Of a DNA stretch of 64,000 bases, positions 29,829 through 38,391 are shown in pieces. Position 1 is the first letter of the stretch; every line of letters begins with the position of its first letter. The translations under genes were made by a program, and so were the position numbers. The stretch comes from an uncultured Planctomycetia bacterium (GTDB lineage Bacteria > Omnitrophota > Gorgyraeia > 2-02-FULL-51-18 > JAGOUK01): NCBI GenBank assembly GCA_964430735.1, contig CAYSFB010000001.1, positions 124,082 through 188,081 on the forward strand, written 5' to 3'. A model generated the notes under the pieces. The model saw only the letters and a program-made list of their open reading frames with translations, was not told the origin of the DNA and made no database searches.

Positions 29829-30781
29829 CGTTCCGCCACCTGGCCCATTCCGCGGTACTTCTCGTACCTGGCTTCGACCAGCCGTTGTTCGGACAGAGCC
29901 GTTAATTCGGGCAGCGCCTTCAAAATGGTTTTTTTGATTTCCTGCGCCGTGAAGGCCGCGTCGAAGTGCGCACCGCCGAGGGGCTCGCGCACGATGCCGT
30001 CGATGATGCCGAGCTGCAGCAGATCCTTGGCGGTAAGCTTGAGCGCCGCAGCCGCGTCGGGGGCCTTCTTGTGGTCTTTCCAGAGAATGGCGGCGCAGCC
30101 TTCGGGCGAGATCACCGAGTAATAGGCGTTGTCGAGGACGAACATCCGGTCCGTGACGCCGATGCCGAGCGCGCCGCCGGAACCGCCCTCGCCGATGACG
30201 AAGCCGAGGGTCGGGACACGCAGTTCGGCCATTTCGCGCAGGTTGAACGCGATCATGTTGGCCTGTCCGCGCTCTTCGGCGCCGACGCCGGGATAGGCGC
30301 CGGGCGTGTCGATCAGGCAGATCACCGGGATGCGGAACTTTTCGGCCAGCTTCATGAGGCGCATAGCCTTGCGGTACCCTTCCGGATGCGCGCTGCCGAA
30401 ATTGCGAAAAATATTCTCTTTGGCGTCGCGGCCCTTCTGATGACCCATGATGCAGACGCGTTTGCCGTCGAGATAGCCGAACCCGCCGATCAGCGCCTTG
30501 TCGTCGGCAAACGCGCGGTCGCCGAAGATCTCTTCAAAATCGGTGATGAGCATCCGGATGTAGTCGGCCGTGTAGGGCCGGCGGGGATGACGCGCGATCT
30601 GGACGCGCTGCCACGGGGTCAGGCGCGAGTACGTGTGTTCCTTGACCTCGACGAGCTTGATCTCGAGCTTTTTGATCTCGTTCTGAAGGTCGACGGGGCC
30701 GTTCTGGGAAAGGCTTTTGAGTTCGGTGATCTTGTTTTCGAGCTCGAGAATCGGTTTTTCAAAATCCAGGACATGCGCCAT
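29825..30781 (-). CDS. accA: Acetyl-CoA carboxylase carboxyltransferase subunit alpha
   Basis: 318 aa. N-terminus MAHVLDFEKPILELENKI... and a carboxyltransferase fold. Confidence 0.88.
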   Translation of the reverse strand: MAHVLDFEKPILELENKITELKSLSQNGPVDLQNEIKKLEIKLVEVKEHTYSRLTPWQRVQIARHPRRPYTADYIRMLITDFEEIFGDRAFADDKALIGGFGYLDGKRVCIMGHQKGRDAKENIFRNFGSAHPEGYRKAMRLMKLAEKFRIPVICLIDTPGAYPGVGAEERGQANMIAFNLREMAELRVPTLGFVIGEGGSGGALGIGVTDRMFVLDNAYYSVISPEGCAAILWKDHKKAPDAAAALKLTAKDLLQLGIIDGIVREPLGGAHFDAAFTAQEIKKTILKALPELTALSEQRLVEARYEKYRGMGQVAER

Positions 30782-30805
30782 GACTGCTCCTTGAAAAAAT
30801 TGAGT

Positions 30806-31720
30806 CTATCCGATGATCGTGACTTCGGTTCCGGCCGGGATGAACTCGAACAGCGTTTCGATGTCCGCGTTGAGCATCCGGACGCAGCCGAGCGTCGCAA
30901 ACTGACCGATCTCTTCGGGCTTCGTGGTTCCATGCAGCCCGTACCCTTCCTTGTCGAACCCCATCCAGCGGGTTCCCAGGGGGTTGTCGGGCGAATCGGG
31001 CGGAACCACCTTCCCTTCATAGTACCAAGTCGGGTTCTTTAAGTGGTTTAAAATCTTAAACGTGCCTTCCGGGGTCGACGCGTCCTTCCCGGTGGCGACC
31101 CGGTAACTGCGGATCACCTGCTCGTCCGCCTTGAGGTAGAGGGTATTTTGGGACTTGTCGACCAGGATGGACCAGCGGGCCTTGGGGATCTTGAGTTTTT
31201 GGCCCGGGTGGATGCGATCGCTCTTCAGGAAGTTGGCGGTTTGGATCAGCCCCGGCATCACACCGAACTGCTTGGCGATCCGGGTCAGATTGTCTCCTGC
31301 CTTGACCTCGTAGACGGCGCTGTTGTTCTCGTTGAGCAGGCGGAAATAATCGGAAAGTGCTGAGTTGTTCAGTTGGTCCTGCGCAGCGGCCGCGGCGGAA
31401 CTCTCGGGGTGGGACGTGACGACGGCCTGATAGGCGGCGCGTGCTTCGGTCGTCTTGCCGGCGGTACGCAGCGCGTCCGCTTCGGCCAAAGCGGAGGTCG
31501 CGGCCGGAACCGGGACGGCAGCAGCGGTGACCGCAGGCGCGGCGGCTGCTTTAGGGGCCGAGGCGGCGGTCACTGCGACTTGGGTCGGGGCCTCGGTTGA
31601 GGCGGGCACCGTGGGCGGGGTCGAATTCGGCTTGCCCGAGCGGCCGATGCCGATACCCGCGGCAAGAATCAGAACGGCGGCCGCGGCTCCGATAGTGATC
31701 CGGATCGAGGCCGGCTTCAT
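30806..31720 (-). CDS. L,D-transpeptidase with LysM domain (YkuD family)
   Basis: 304 aa, start at MKPASIRI. TM/signal segment, an Ala/Pro-rich linker, a LysM domain (YEVKAGDNLTRIAKQFG), and a YkuD domain with the catalytic motif HGT...GCVRM. Confidence 0.8.
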   Translation of the reverse strand: MKPASIRITIGAAAAVLILAAGIGIGRSGKPNSTPPTVPASTEAPTQVAVTAASAPKAAAAPAVTAAAVPVPAATSALAEADALRTAGKTTEARAAYQAVVTSHPESSAAAAAQDQLNNSALSDYFRLLNENNSAVYEVKAGDNLTRIAKQFGVMPGLIQTANFLKSDRIHPGQKLKIPKARWSILVDKSQNTLYLKADEQVIRSYRVATGKDASTPEGTFKILNHLKNPTWYYEGKVVPPDSPDNPLGTRWMGFDKEGYGLHGTTKPEEIGQFATLGCVRMLNADIETLFEFIPAGTEVTIIG

Positions 31721-32172
31721 GAGGCCAGCACCACAGCGACGACCGCGCCGAGAACGCCGCCCGCAAGCACTTCGATCGGAGAGTGTCCAAAAAGCTCTTT
31801 GAGCGGGGCTTCCTGGATTCCGCGCTGGCTGTAAATGTCGTCGAGCATTTTGTTGAGCGCTTCGGCCTGCTGCCCGCTTTGGCGGCGAACCCCCTGCGCG
31901 TCGAACATCGTGACGATCGCGAAGGTCAGCGCCAACGCGAAGACCGGGGTCCCGAACCCTTCGGTCAAGCCCACGGCGACGGCCACCGACATGACGAGCG
32001 CCGCATGAGAACTCGGCATTCCGCCGGACCCGACGAACCATTTGAAGTTGAAGCGCCGCTCCTGAGCAAAGCCGATGACGACTTTGAGCGACTGCGCGAT
32101 AAACCAGGCGAAGAACCCGGTGACCACCACTGGATTTTTAAAGATGGTGATCAGAACACCGCCGAATGTCAT
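31717..32172 (-). CDS. Divergent PAP2 family membrane protein (DUF212)
   Basis: 151 aa with the motif GGMPSSHAA. Confidence 0.7.
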   Translation of the reverse strand: MTFGGVLITIFKNPVVVTGFFAWFIAQSLKVVIGFAQERRFNFKWFVGSGGMPSSHAALVMSVAVAVGLTEGFGTPVFALALTFAIVTMFDAQGVRRQSGQQAEALNKMLDDIYSQRGIQEAPLKELFGHSPIEVLAGGVLGAVVAVVLAS

Positions 32173-32239
32173 GCGTCTCCCACTGGCAATAAAGCTAAGA
32201 AGTTAATCGTCGAAAGACGGAGTATTATAAGGCCCCTTT

Positions 32240-33235
32240 TCATGATTGCGCAAGCAGCGCTTGCTCCTCGAGCCAGGCCCGGATCTCGGACTCCCACTGC
32301 TTCGCAATCTCCGCCGGCCTGTCACCCGGCTCCCTGCGGATCCAGCGCACCCGCGCATCGCGCCGCCACCACCCGATCTGCCGCTTGGCGTACCGCCTCG
32401 TGTTCATCTGCAGCTCGGCGATCGCCTGTTCTTTGGCGACGCCTTCAAAAAGCCAGCCTTGGATCTCACGCAGCCCCAGGCAGGCGGCGGCCGTCTTGGA
32501 GCGCTTGCGTCCCGCAAGCCGCTTCACCTCAGCAGCCGCGCCGGACCGGAACATCGTTTTAACCCGTTCGTCGATACGGCGGTAGAGTTCCGGCCGGTCC
32601 CATTCGAGCCCCCAGATCCGCACCGGCCATTCGGCGGCGATCCCTTTGCGCCGCCGCTTCAAATCAGAAAACTTCTGCCCGGTCGCCTCAATCACCTCCA
32701 GCGCCCGCACGATCCGGCGGGCGTCGTTCGGATGCAGAACCGCCGCGGCCTCCGGATCAGCCGCCGTCAATTCCCGATGCAGCACCGGCGCGCCTTCGCG
32801 CTCGGCCCGCAGCGTCAACCGCTCCCGGATCTCCGGCGACTCGCCCGGCCCTTCAAAAAGCCCGTCGATGAGCATGTGGGCATAAAGTCCGGTTCCGCCC
32901 GCGACGACCGGGATGCGGCCGCGGCGGACGATTTGCGGGATGAGCTTGCGCGCCCGCGCCGTGAAGTGGGCAGCGCCGTATTCGCGGGACGCCGGAAAAA
33001 CGCCGACCTCGTGATGCGGGACCGCCTTGAGCAGCGCGGCGGTCGGCGCCTGGGACAGGATTTTGAGCTCCCGGTAAACCTGCATGGAATCGCAGCTGAT
33101 GACTTCGATCGGAAGGCGGCGGGCGATCTGACGGATGAGTTCCGTTTTGCCGCTGGCAGTGGGACCGACGAGAAAGACGGCTGCGGGACGCAGTAGTTTA
33201 AAGCGTTTGGAGGGCCGCGCGGATCTCTTCGACAA
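32240..33235 (-). CDS. miaA: tRNA dimethylallyltransferase
   Basis: 331 aa. P-loop GPTASGKT and the overall MiaA pattern. The start is uncertain because the ORF overlaps the upstream DegT gene by 38 nt. Confidence 0.8.
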   Translation of the reverse strand: MSKRSARPSKRFKLLRPAAVFLVGPTASGKTELIRQIARRLPIEVISCDSMQVYRELKILSQAPTAALLKAVPHHEVGVFPASREYGAAHFTARARKLIPQIVRRGRIPVVAGGTGLYAHMLIDGLFEGPGESPEIRERLTLRAEREGAPVLHRELTAADPEAAAVLHPNDARRIVRALEVIEATGQKFSDLKRRRKGIAAEWPVRIWGLEWDRPELYRRIDERVKTMFRSGAAAEVKRLAGRKRSKTAAACLGLREIQGWLFEGVAKEQAIAELQMNTRRYAKRQIGWWRRDARVRWIRREPGDRPAEIAKQWESEIRAWLEEQALLAQS

Positions 33236-34316
33236 TTTCTTCCTGGTCCTGGAAGGTGAGCTCGGGATAAATCGGAATCGCGAGAATGGACTTGGAAATA
33301 CTCTCCGCGACCGGAAAATCCCCCTCGCGGTAGCCCAGGAACTTGAGCGCGTTCACGAGGTGCAGCGGAAGCGGGTAGTGCACCATCGTGTCGATCCCTT
33401 TTTTGGCCAGGCGCTCCTGCAGCGCGTCGCGCTTGGGGACCGAGATGCAGAACAGTGAATACACCGGCGTGGTGCCGGGCGCCGGCTTGAGCGTGCGCAC
33501 GTCCGGCAGGAGCGACGCGAAGAGGTCGTGATAATGCGTTGCCAGCTTGCGCCGGATCGCGTTCCAGCGGTCCACATACAGAAGCTTCACGCGCAGGATG
33601 GTGGCCTGAATTTCGTCAAGACGGCTGTTCATGCCGAGTTCGTCGTAATAACCGCGGAACAGCGAACCGTGGGCTCGCAATGCGCGGATGTGCTCGGCGG
33701 CCTTCTGGCTCTTGAGTGCCACCGCGCCCCCGTCGCCGTAAGCCCCCAGGTTCTTGGTCGGATAAAAGCTGAACGCGGCCGCGTCGCCGAAGGTCCCGGT
33801 GCGCTGCTGACCACAATACGCGCCGACCGACTGGGCGCAATCTTCGATGACCTTGAGATCGTTCTTCACCGCGATCTCGCTGATCTTGTCCATGTCACAG
33901 GCGAAGCCGAACAGATGAACCGGGAGAATCGCTTTGGTTTTGGCCGTGATTTTGGCGGAAATGAGGTCGGCGTTGATATTGGAGTCTGTCTCGCGCACGT
34001 CGACGAAGACGGGCTTGGCGCCGAGCGCGACGATGGTCTGGCTCGTCGCGATGAAGGTCGCCGGCGTTGTGATCACTTCGTCCCCCGGCCCGATCCCCAG
34101 CGTCTTCATCGCCAGGTACAACGCGTCCGTTCCGGAATTCACGCCGACCACATACGGCGACTTGAGATAAAAGGCGAGCTCGTTCTCGAACGCCGTGACC
34201 TCGGGACCCAGAATGTACTGGCCGGAGGCCAGAACCCGGAGCACCGATTCGTCCATCTGGTTCTTCATCGCGCGGTATTGCGCCTTGAGGTCCAGGATCG
34301 GAATGTTGCGGCTCAT
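33198..34316 (-). CDS. DegT/DnrJ/EryC1/StrS family PLP-dependent sugar aminotransferase
   Basis: 372 aa. PLP-lysine region FSFYPTKNLGAYGDGGAV. Confidence 0.85.
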   Translation of the reverse strand: MSRNIPILDLKAQYRAMKNQMDESVLRVLASGQYILGPEVTAFENELAFYLKSPYVVGVNSGTDALYLAMKTLGIGPGDEVITTPATFIATSQTIVALGAKPVFVDVRETDSNINADLISAKITAKTKAILPVHLFGFACDMDKISEIAVKNDLKVIEDCAQSVGAYCGQQRTGTFGDAAAFSFYPTKNLGAYGDGGAVALKSQKAAEHIRALRAHGSLFRGYYDELGMNSRLDEIQATILRVKLLYVDRWNAIRRKLATHYHDLFASLLPDVRTLKPAPGTTPVYSLFCISVPKRDALQERLAKKGIDTMVHYPLPLHLVNALKFLGYREGDFPVAESISKSILAIPIYPELTFQDQEEIVEEIRAALQTL

Positions 34317-35668
34317 CGCGCGGCCTCCGGAAAGGTCCCGATCAGCGTCTCGTTGAGCACCTGGTTGATGTGCACGCGGCGCGTCACGCCTTCGAAGTCC
34401 TTCCCCGGCGCTCCCGGCACGACGACCCGCTTATAGGTTCGGGTGCGGCCCGTCGCCTTGTTCGGCACTTCGGGATTGTGTTCCTCAAACAGAACCTCCA
34501 CTTCGGTTCCGATGAGTCGGGAATTTTTGGAAAAAGTAACCGCACGCTGCAGCTCGAGCAGTTCCTGAAGCCGCGCATGCTTCACGTCCTCCGGCACGTC
34601 GTCCGGAAGCTTTTCGGCCGGGGTCCCGGGCCGCATGGAATATTTGAAAATGTATGCGGAGTCGAATTCCGCCTCGAGCATGAGCTTTTTGGTTTCTTCA
34701 AAGTCTGCGTCGGTCTCGCCGCTGAAGCCCGTGATGAGGTCCGTCGTCAGGCTGCCGCCCGGCACGGTTTTTTTGTATTCGGCGATGCGCTCCAGGTACC
34801 ATTCACGGGTGTGCTCGCGCTTCATCCGGCGCAGCATCCGGGACGAGCCGGACTGGACCGGAAGGTGCAGGTGCTCGCACACGCTCGGCACGTCGCGCAT
34901 CGCCTCAAACAGCCGGACGTGGGCGTCCTTGGGGTGGCTCGTGGTGAAGCGCACGCGCTCCGGCCGCGCCTCGCGGTCGAGCTTTTCGAGCAGCGACGCG
35001 AAGTCGACGTTTTCTTCGAGCTTTTTGCCGTAGCAGTTCACGTTTTGGCCGAGGAGCAGGATGTCCCGGAAACCGCGGGCGCCGAGTTCGCGCACTTCGC
35101 GCACGATGTCGTCCGACGGACGGGAACGTTCGATCCCGCGCGTCATCGGAACGATGCAGTACGTGCACTTGTGGTCGCAGCCGGACATGATGTTGACCGA
35201 CGCGCGGACGCGGTGCGAGCGGTACTGCACGCGGTCCATCGTGTATTCGGGAGAATCGATCTTGTCGACGGCGGTCACGCGCACGCGGTGTTCGAGCACG
35301 CGGTCGAGAATGTCGGGGATTTCGGCGATGTTGCCGGGGCCGCAGACCAGGTCCAGCGACGGGATACGGCTGAAGAATTTTTCCCCATGCTCCTGGGCCA
35401 TGCAGCCCATGACGCCGATCACGGTGTCGGGCCTCTCACGTTTGATCCCGCTCAGGATGCCGGAGCGGCCGAATACGCGGTCCTCGGCATGCTGCCGCAC
35501 GCTGCAGGTGTTGAAAAGAATGATCTGGGCGTCTTCGAGGTTGGGCGTGAACGCGTAGCCGCGGTCCATCAGGAGACCCTTGACCCCCTCGGAGTCGCGC
35601 TCGTTCATCTGACAGCCGAAGGTTTGGAGAAAAACGCTTCTGGGCGGGTTCAAAACTTGTGGGCTCAT
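34313..35668 (-). CDS. miaB: tRNA-i6A37 methylthiotransferase (radical SAM)
   Basis: 451 aa. UPF0004 N-terminal domain (FLQTFGCQMNERDSE), a radical-SAM CxxxCxxC motif (CDHKCTYC), and a TRAM domain. Confidence 0.85.
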   Translation of the reverse strand: MSPQVLNPPRSVFLQTFGCQMNERDSEGVKGLLMDRGYAFTPNLEDAQIILFNTCSVRQHAEDRVFGRSGILSGIKRERPDTVIGVMGCMAQEHGEKFFSRIPSLDLVCGPGNIAEIPDILDRVLEHRVRVTAVDKIDSPEYTMDRVQYRSHRVRASVNIMSGCDHKCTYCIVPMTRGIERSRPSDDIVREVRELGARGFRDILLLGQNVNCYGKKLEENVDFASLLEKLDREARPERVRFTTSHPKDAHVRLFEAMRDVPSVCEHLHLPVQSGSSRMLRRMKREHTREWYLERIAEYKKTVPGGSLTTDLITGFSGETDADFEETKKLMLEAEFDSAYIFKYSMRPGTPAEKLPDDVPEDVKHARLQELLELQRAVTFSKNSRLIGTEVEVLFEEHNPEVPNKATGRTRTYKRVVVPGAPGKDFEGVTRRVHINQVLNETLIGTFPEAAR

Positions 35669-35702
35669 GGCGATGATTTTAACACAGGGGCGGGGCGCCC
35701 CT

Positions 35703-36404
35703 TCAGAGTGCCCGCAAATAGTTCCGGAACGCGTCGGGCGAACCGAAGTCCTCGAGCACCAGGTCCGCGCCGCAGGCCTCCAGCTCCCGGACCGGATAAC
35801 TGCCGGTCGCCACCGCCACTACCGACGCGCCGTTGGCCCGGGCGGCGGCCACGTCCAGCGGCGTGTCCCCGATCACCACAAAATCACGCGGGGCCAAGTC
35901 GCTCCCCCGCGCCAGATCCCGGGCCCGATCCATCGCGCGGCGCACGAGCTCCGCTCGCAATCCGGCATCCGACCCGAACCCGCCAAAGCGAAAAAACCGG
36001 TCCAGCCCGGCGCGGCGCAGCTTGTCCCACGCCGCCGCCTCCAGGTTGCCGGTCGCGACGCCCAACAGCAGCTCGCTGCGCGCCTCGAGCTCGACGAGCA
36101 GCGCTTCGACGCCGCGCATGAGCCGGAAACGCTCCGAGCGCTCAAGCGCCGGCGTGAAGTAGGTTAGATATTTGCGGCACAGCGCGTCGTATTCGGCGGA
36201 ATCAATCTCGCGGCCGAGAGCTTGCCGGGCGATTTCGGAAAAAATGACAGGGTCCGTCTTGCCGTCGGGAACGACCGAACCCCAGGAATTCGCGACGCCG
36301 AAACATTCTTCGAACGCACGCTCGAAGGCGACCTGGCCCGCGCCGCCGGTCAGGAGCAGCGTGCCGTCGATGTCGAACAGCAGCACGCGGCGAACGGAAC
36401 TCAC
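35703..36404 (-). CDS. HAD-superfamily hydrolase (phosphoglycolate phosphatase-like)
   Basis: 233 aa. HAD motif I LLFDIDGTLL and a motif IV acidic pair (VIGDTPLD). Confidence 0.75.
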   Translation of the reverse strand: MSSVRRVLLFDIDGTLLLTGGAGQVAFERAFEECFGVANSWGSVVPDGKTDPVIFSEIARQALGREIDSAEYDALCRKYLTYFTPALERSERFRLMRGVEALLVELEARSELLLGVATGNLEAAAWDKLRRAGLDRFFRFGGFGSDAGLRAELVRRAMDRARDLARGSDLAPRDFVVIGDTPLDVAAARANGASVVAVATGSYPVRELEACGADLVLEDFGSPDAFRNYLRAL

Positions 36405-36814
36405 AGCCGGTAGAGCATCCAGTAGATCACGACGCCCGTGAAGGAGACATAGAGCCAGATCGGGAACGTGATGCGCGCCCAGAAGCGGTGGCGCACCCAG
36501 TTTTGCCGCGCGGCGAACACGAGCGTCGCGATCACGAGCGGCGGCACGACCGCCGCCAGCACCGTGTGCGTCGTCAGGATGAAGAAGTAGGCCGCGCGGA
36601 TCCAGCCGGTCTCCGCGTACCGGGTGACGCCGTGATGTGCGTGATAGTAAAGGTAGCAGGCGAGAAAAATCGTCGATGTCAGGCAGGCGGCCAGCATCGT
36701 GTTGCGATGCGCCGTTTTGCGGCCGGCGCGGATCAGCGCGTATCCAATCAGCAGCAGAGCAGTCGTCAGCGCGTTCAGCGAGGCGTTGAGAGGAGGAAAA
36801 ATCGATAAATCCAT
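36401..36814 (-). CDS. DUF420 family membrane protein
   Basis: 137 aa with four TM helices. Confidence 0.6.
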   Translation of the reverse strand: MDLSIFPPLNASLNALTTALLLIGYALIRAGRKTAHRNTMLAACLTSTIFLACYLYYHAHHGVTRYAETGWIRAAYFFILTTHTVLAAVVPPLVIATLVFAARQNWVRHRFWARITFPIWLYVSFTGVVIYWMLYRL

Positions 36815-36839
36815 CGGAAAAGTCCGGGCTCCGGTTGAC

Positions 36840-37550
36840 TCAGCGTTTGAGGTTGCGCGCCGGCTCGAACTGCCGGATCCAGGAGCAGTACTCGCATCGC
36901 TCGGAGGATTCGGGCAGATCGCCCTTCAGCAGTTCCACGGCGGCCCTGAACGTCTTCATCGCCCGGTCCGTTTTGGTCTCAAGTCGGATCGCCTGCAGGT
37001 TGAAGTTCACCCAGCCCTTTTCACTGACCTGCTTGGGCGAGTAATAAAGCAGATAGCCGTGCCCGGCCTGCGGCAGACCGCTGCGCTCGAGCAGGAGCGC
37101 GTAGCAGTCGATCTGGTTCTGATAATACTTTTCGGCGTCCTCGGGCGAGGTCGGAGAACCCTTGGTCTTGTAATCGAACGGAATGTATTTGCCGTCTTTC
37201 ACCATCAGGTCGTCGATGGCGCCAAACAGCGACGAGCCGTCCGACTCCTCGAGGCGCGGACCGGTCTTCCACTCGCGCCACAAATCCAGCTGAGCCTGGT
37301 TGGCGTACAACTGGACGTCTTTGAATCCCGCCACGGCGAATTCTGGCGGCAGCGTCCCCTTCTTGCGGAAGTCGTCGAAGTAAGTCTTGATCACACGGTC
37401 CATGCCGGCCGGCAGCGACGGAAAAATTCCACGCGGGCGTTTGATGCTCTTGATTTTTTCCAGCCAAAAGCAGCGCGGGCAGTCGCGGAACAGGTTCAGC
37501 GCGCTGGGCGAGAGCGAAATCCCTTTTTTGGACGTGAATGCGGACGGCAT
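36840..37550 (-). CDS. PD-(D/E)XK nuclease, Cas4/RecB-like with 4-Cys Fe-S cluster motif (stand-alone)
   Basis: 236 aa. Cysteines at the N-terminus (DCPRCFWLE) and C-terminus (CEYCSW). The core motif is D...DYKTK, matching D...(D/E)xK. Confidence 0.6.
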   Translation of the reverse strand: MPSAFTSKKGISLSPSALNLFRDCPRCFWLEKIKSIKRPRGIFPSLPAGMDRVIKTYFDDFRKKGTLPPEFAVAGFKDVQLYANQAQLDLWREWKTGPRLEESDGSSLFGAIDDLMVKDGKYIPFDYKTKGSPTSPEDAEKYYQNQIDCYALLLERSGLPQAGHGYLLYYSPKQVSEKGWVNFNLQAIRLETKTDRAMKTFRAAVELLKGDLPESSERCEYCSWIRQFEPARNLKR

Positions 37551-37552
37551 CG

Positions 37553-38140
37553 TCAGCTCCGGTTCAATCCCTGGCGGGCGTTCATCTGGCGGACCTGTTC
37601 GACCTCTGCGGAATTCTCGGCGTCGGTCAGCTTGCGCTGCGCTTCAGCCGCGGCTTCCTTGGCCTCGCTCCACGGAGACGGGTCCATTTTTTGCCCGACC
37701 CGGTCCGGCTTCGGACTCTTCTCACCCCGGACCTTGTACAGGTCGATGACGCCGTCGTGATTGCCGTCGGACTCTTTCCAGATGTAAAGATGACGGTTGA
37801 ATTTGAGGGTCTTGTCGTAGATGAAGTCGGTGACCTGGCGCTCGTCCACGCGGCCGTCGAAGTTGCGGTCTCTTTCGCGCAGGATCGTCATTCCGCGGAG
37901 GGGATGCTTCCAGGAATCGGGCTTGCCGTCGCCGTTGGTGTCGCTGGCGATCAGCGCGCGGACGCCCTGACTGTCGTAGGTGATCCAGTGGTCGGGCTTG
38001 CCGTCTTTATCCTGGTCCGCCTGAACCGTTTTACCGGCCAGCTTCAGGTCCGCGGCCTGTGCCGCGGAGGACGCGAAGTTCAACGCGGTCAATAGGACGA
38101 GGAAGGCCGAAGCGGCCGATTTTTTGAATCGCGATAGCAT
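37553..38140 (-). CDS. Secreted protein with calcium-binding Dx[DN]xDG repeats (EF-hand/thrombospondin type-3-like)
   Basis: 195 aa. Signal peptide, then four repeats (DKDGKPD, DTNGDGKPD, DRNFDGRVD, DGNHDGVID). Confidence 0.55.
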   Translation of the reverse strand: MLSRFKKSAASAFLVLLTALNFASSAAQAADLKLAGKTVQADQDKDGKPDHWITYDSQGVRALIASDTNGDGKPDSWKHPLRGMTILRERDRNFDGRVDERQVTDFIYDKTLKFNRHLYIWKESDGNHDGVIDLYKVRGEKSPKPDRVGQKMDPSPWSEAKEAAAEAQRKLTDAENSAEVEQVRQMNARQGLNRS

Positions 38141-38391
38141 CAGATCGTCCCCCCGTTTCTAAAAAACGCAGCGAGGTCATCATATCCGCCCATCGCTTTT
38201 CCGTCCACGAAGATTTGGGGCACCGTTGTCCTGCCGCCCGTCATCTGCACCAGCTTTTCGCGCATCGCGTCGTCGCCCGTGACGTCCTTTTCGGTGAAGC
38301 CGACTCCCTTGGATTTGAGCAGATCTTTCGCCGCCCGGCAATACGGACAGTAATCCGTGGTGTACACGACCACTTCCTTAGAGCTTTTCAT
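38140..38391 (-). CDS. Glutaredoxin (Grx3-like)
   Basis: 83 aa, start at MKSSKEVVVYTTDYCPYCRAAK. CPYC active site and TVPQIFV motif. The upstream 76 codons in the ORF track are read-through. Confidence 0.82.
   Translation of the reverse strand: MKSSKEVVVYTTDYCPYCRAAKDLLKSKGVGFTEKDVTGDDAMREKLVQMTGGRTTVPQIFVDGKAMGGYDDLAAFFRNGGTI

Noticed and set aside
34370-36121. 583-aa plus-strand ORF antisense to miaB and the HAD gene
   Set aside because: GC-rich antisense frame with no recognisable domain, opposite strongly supported genes.
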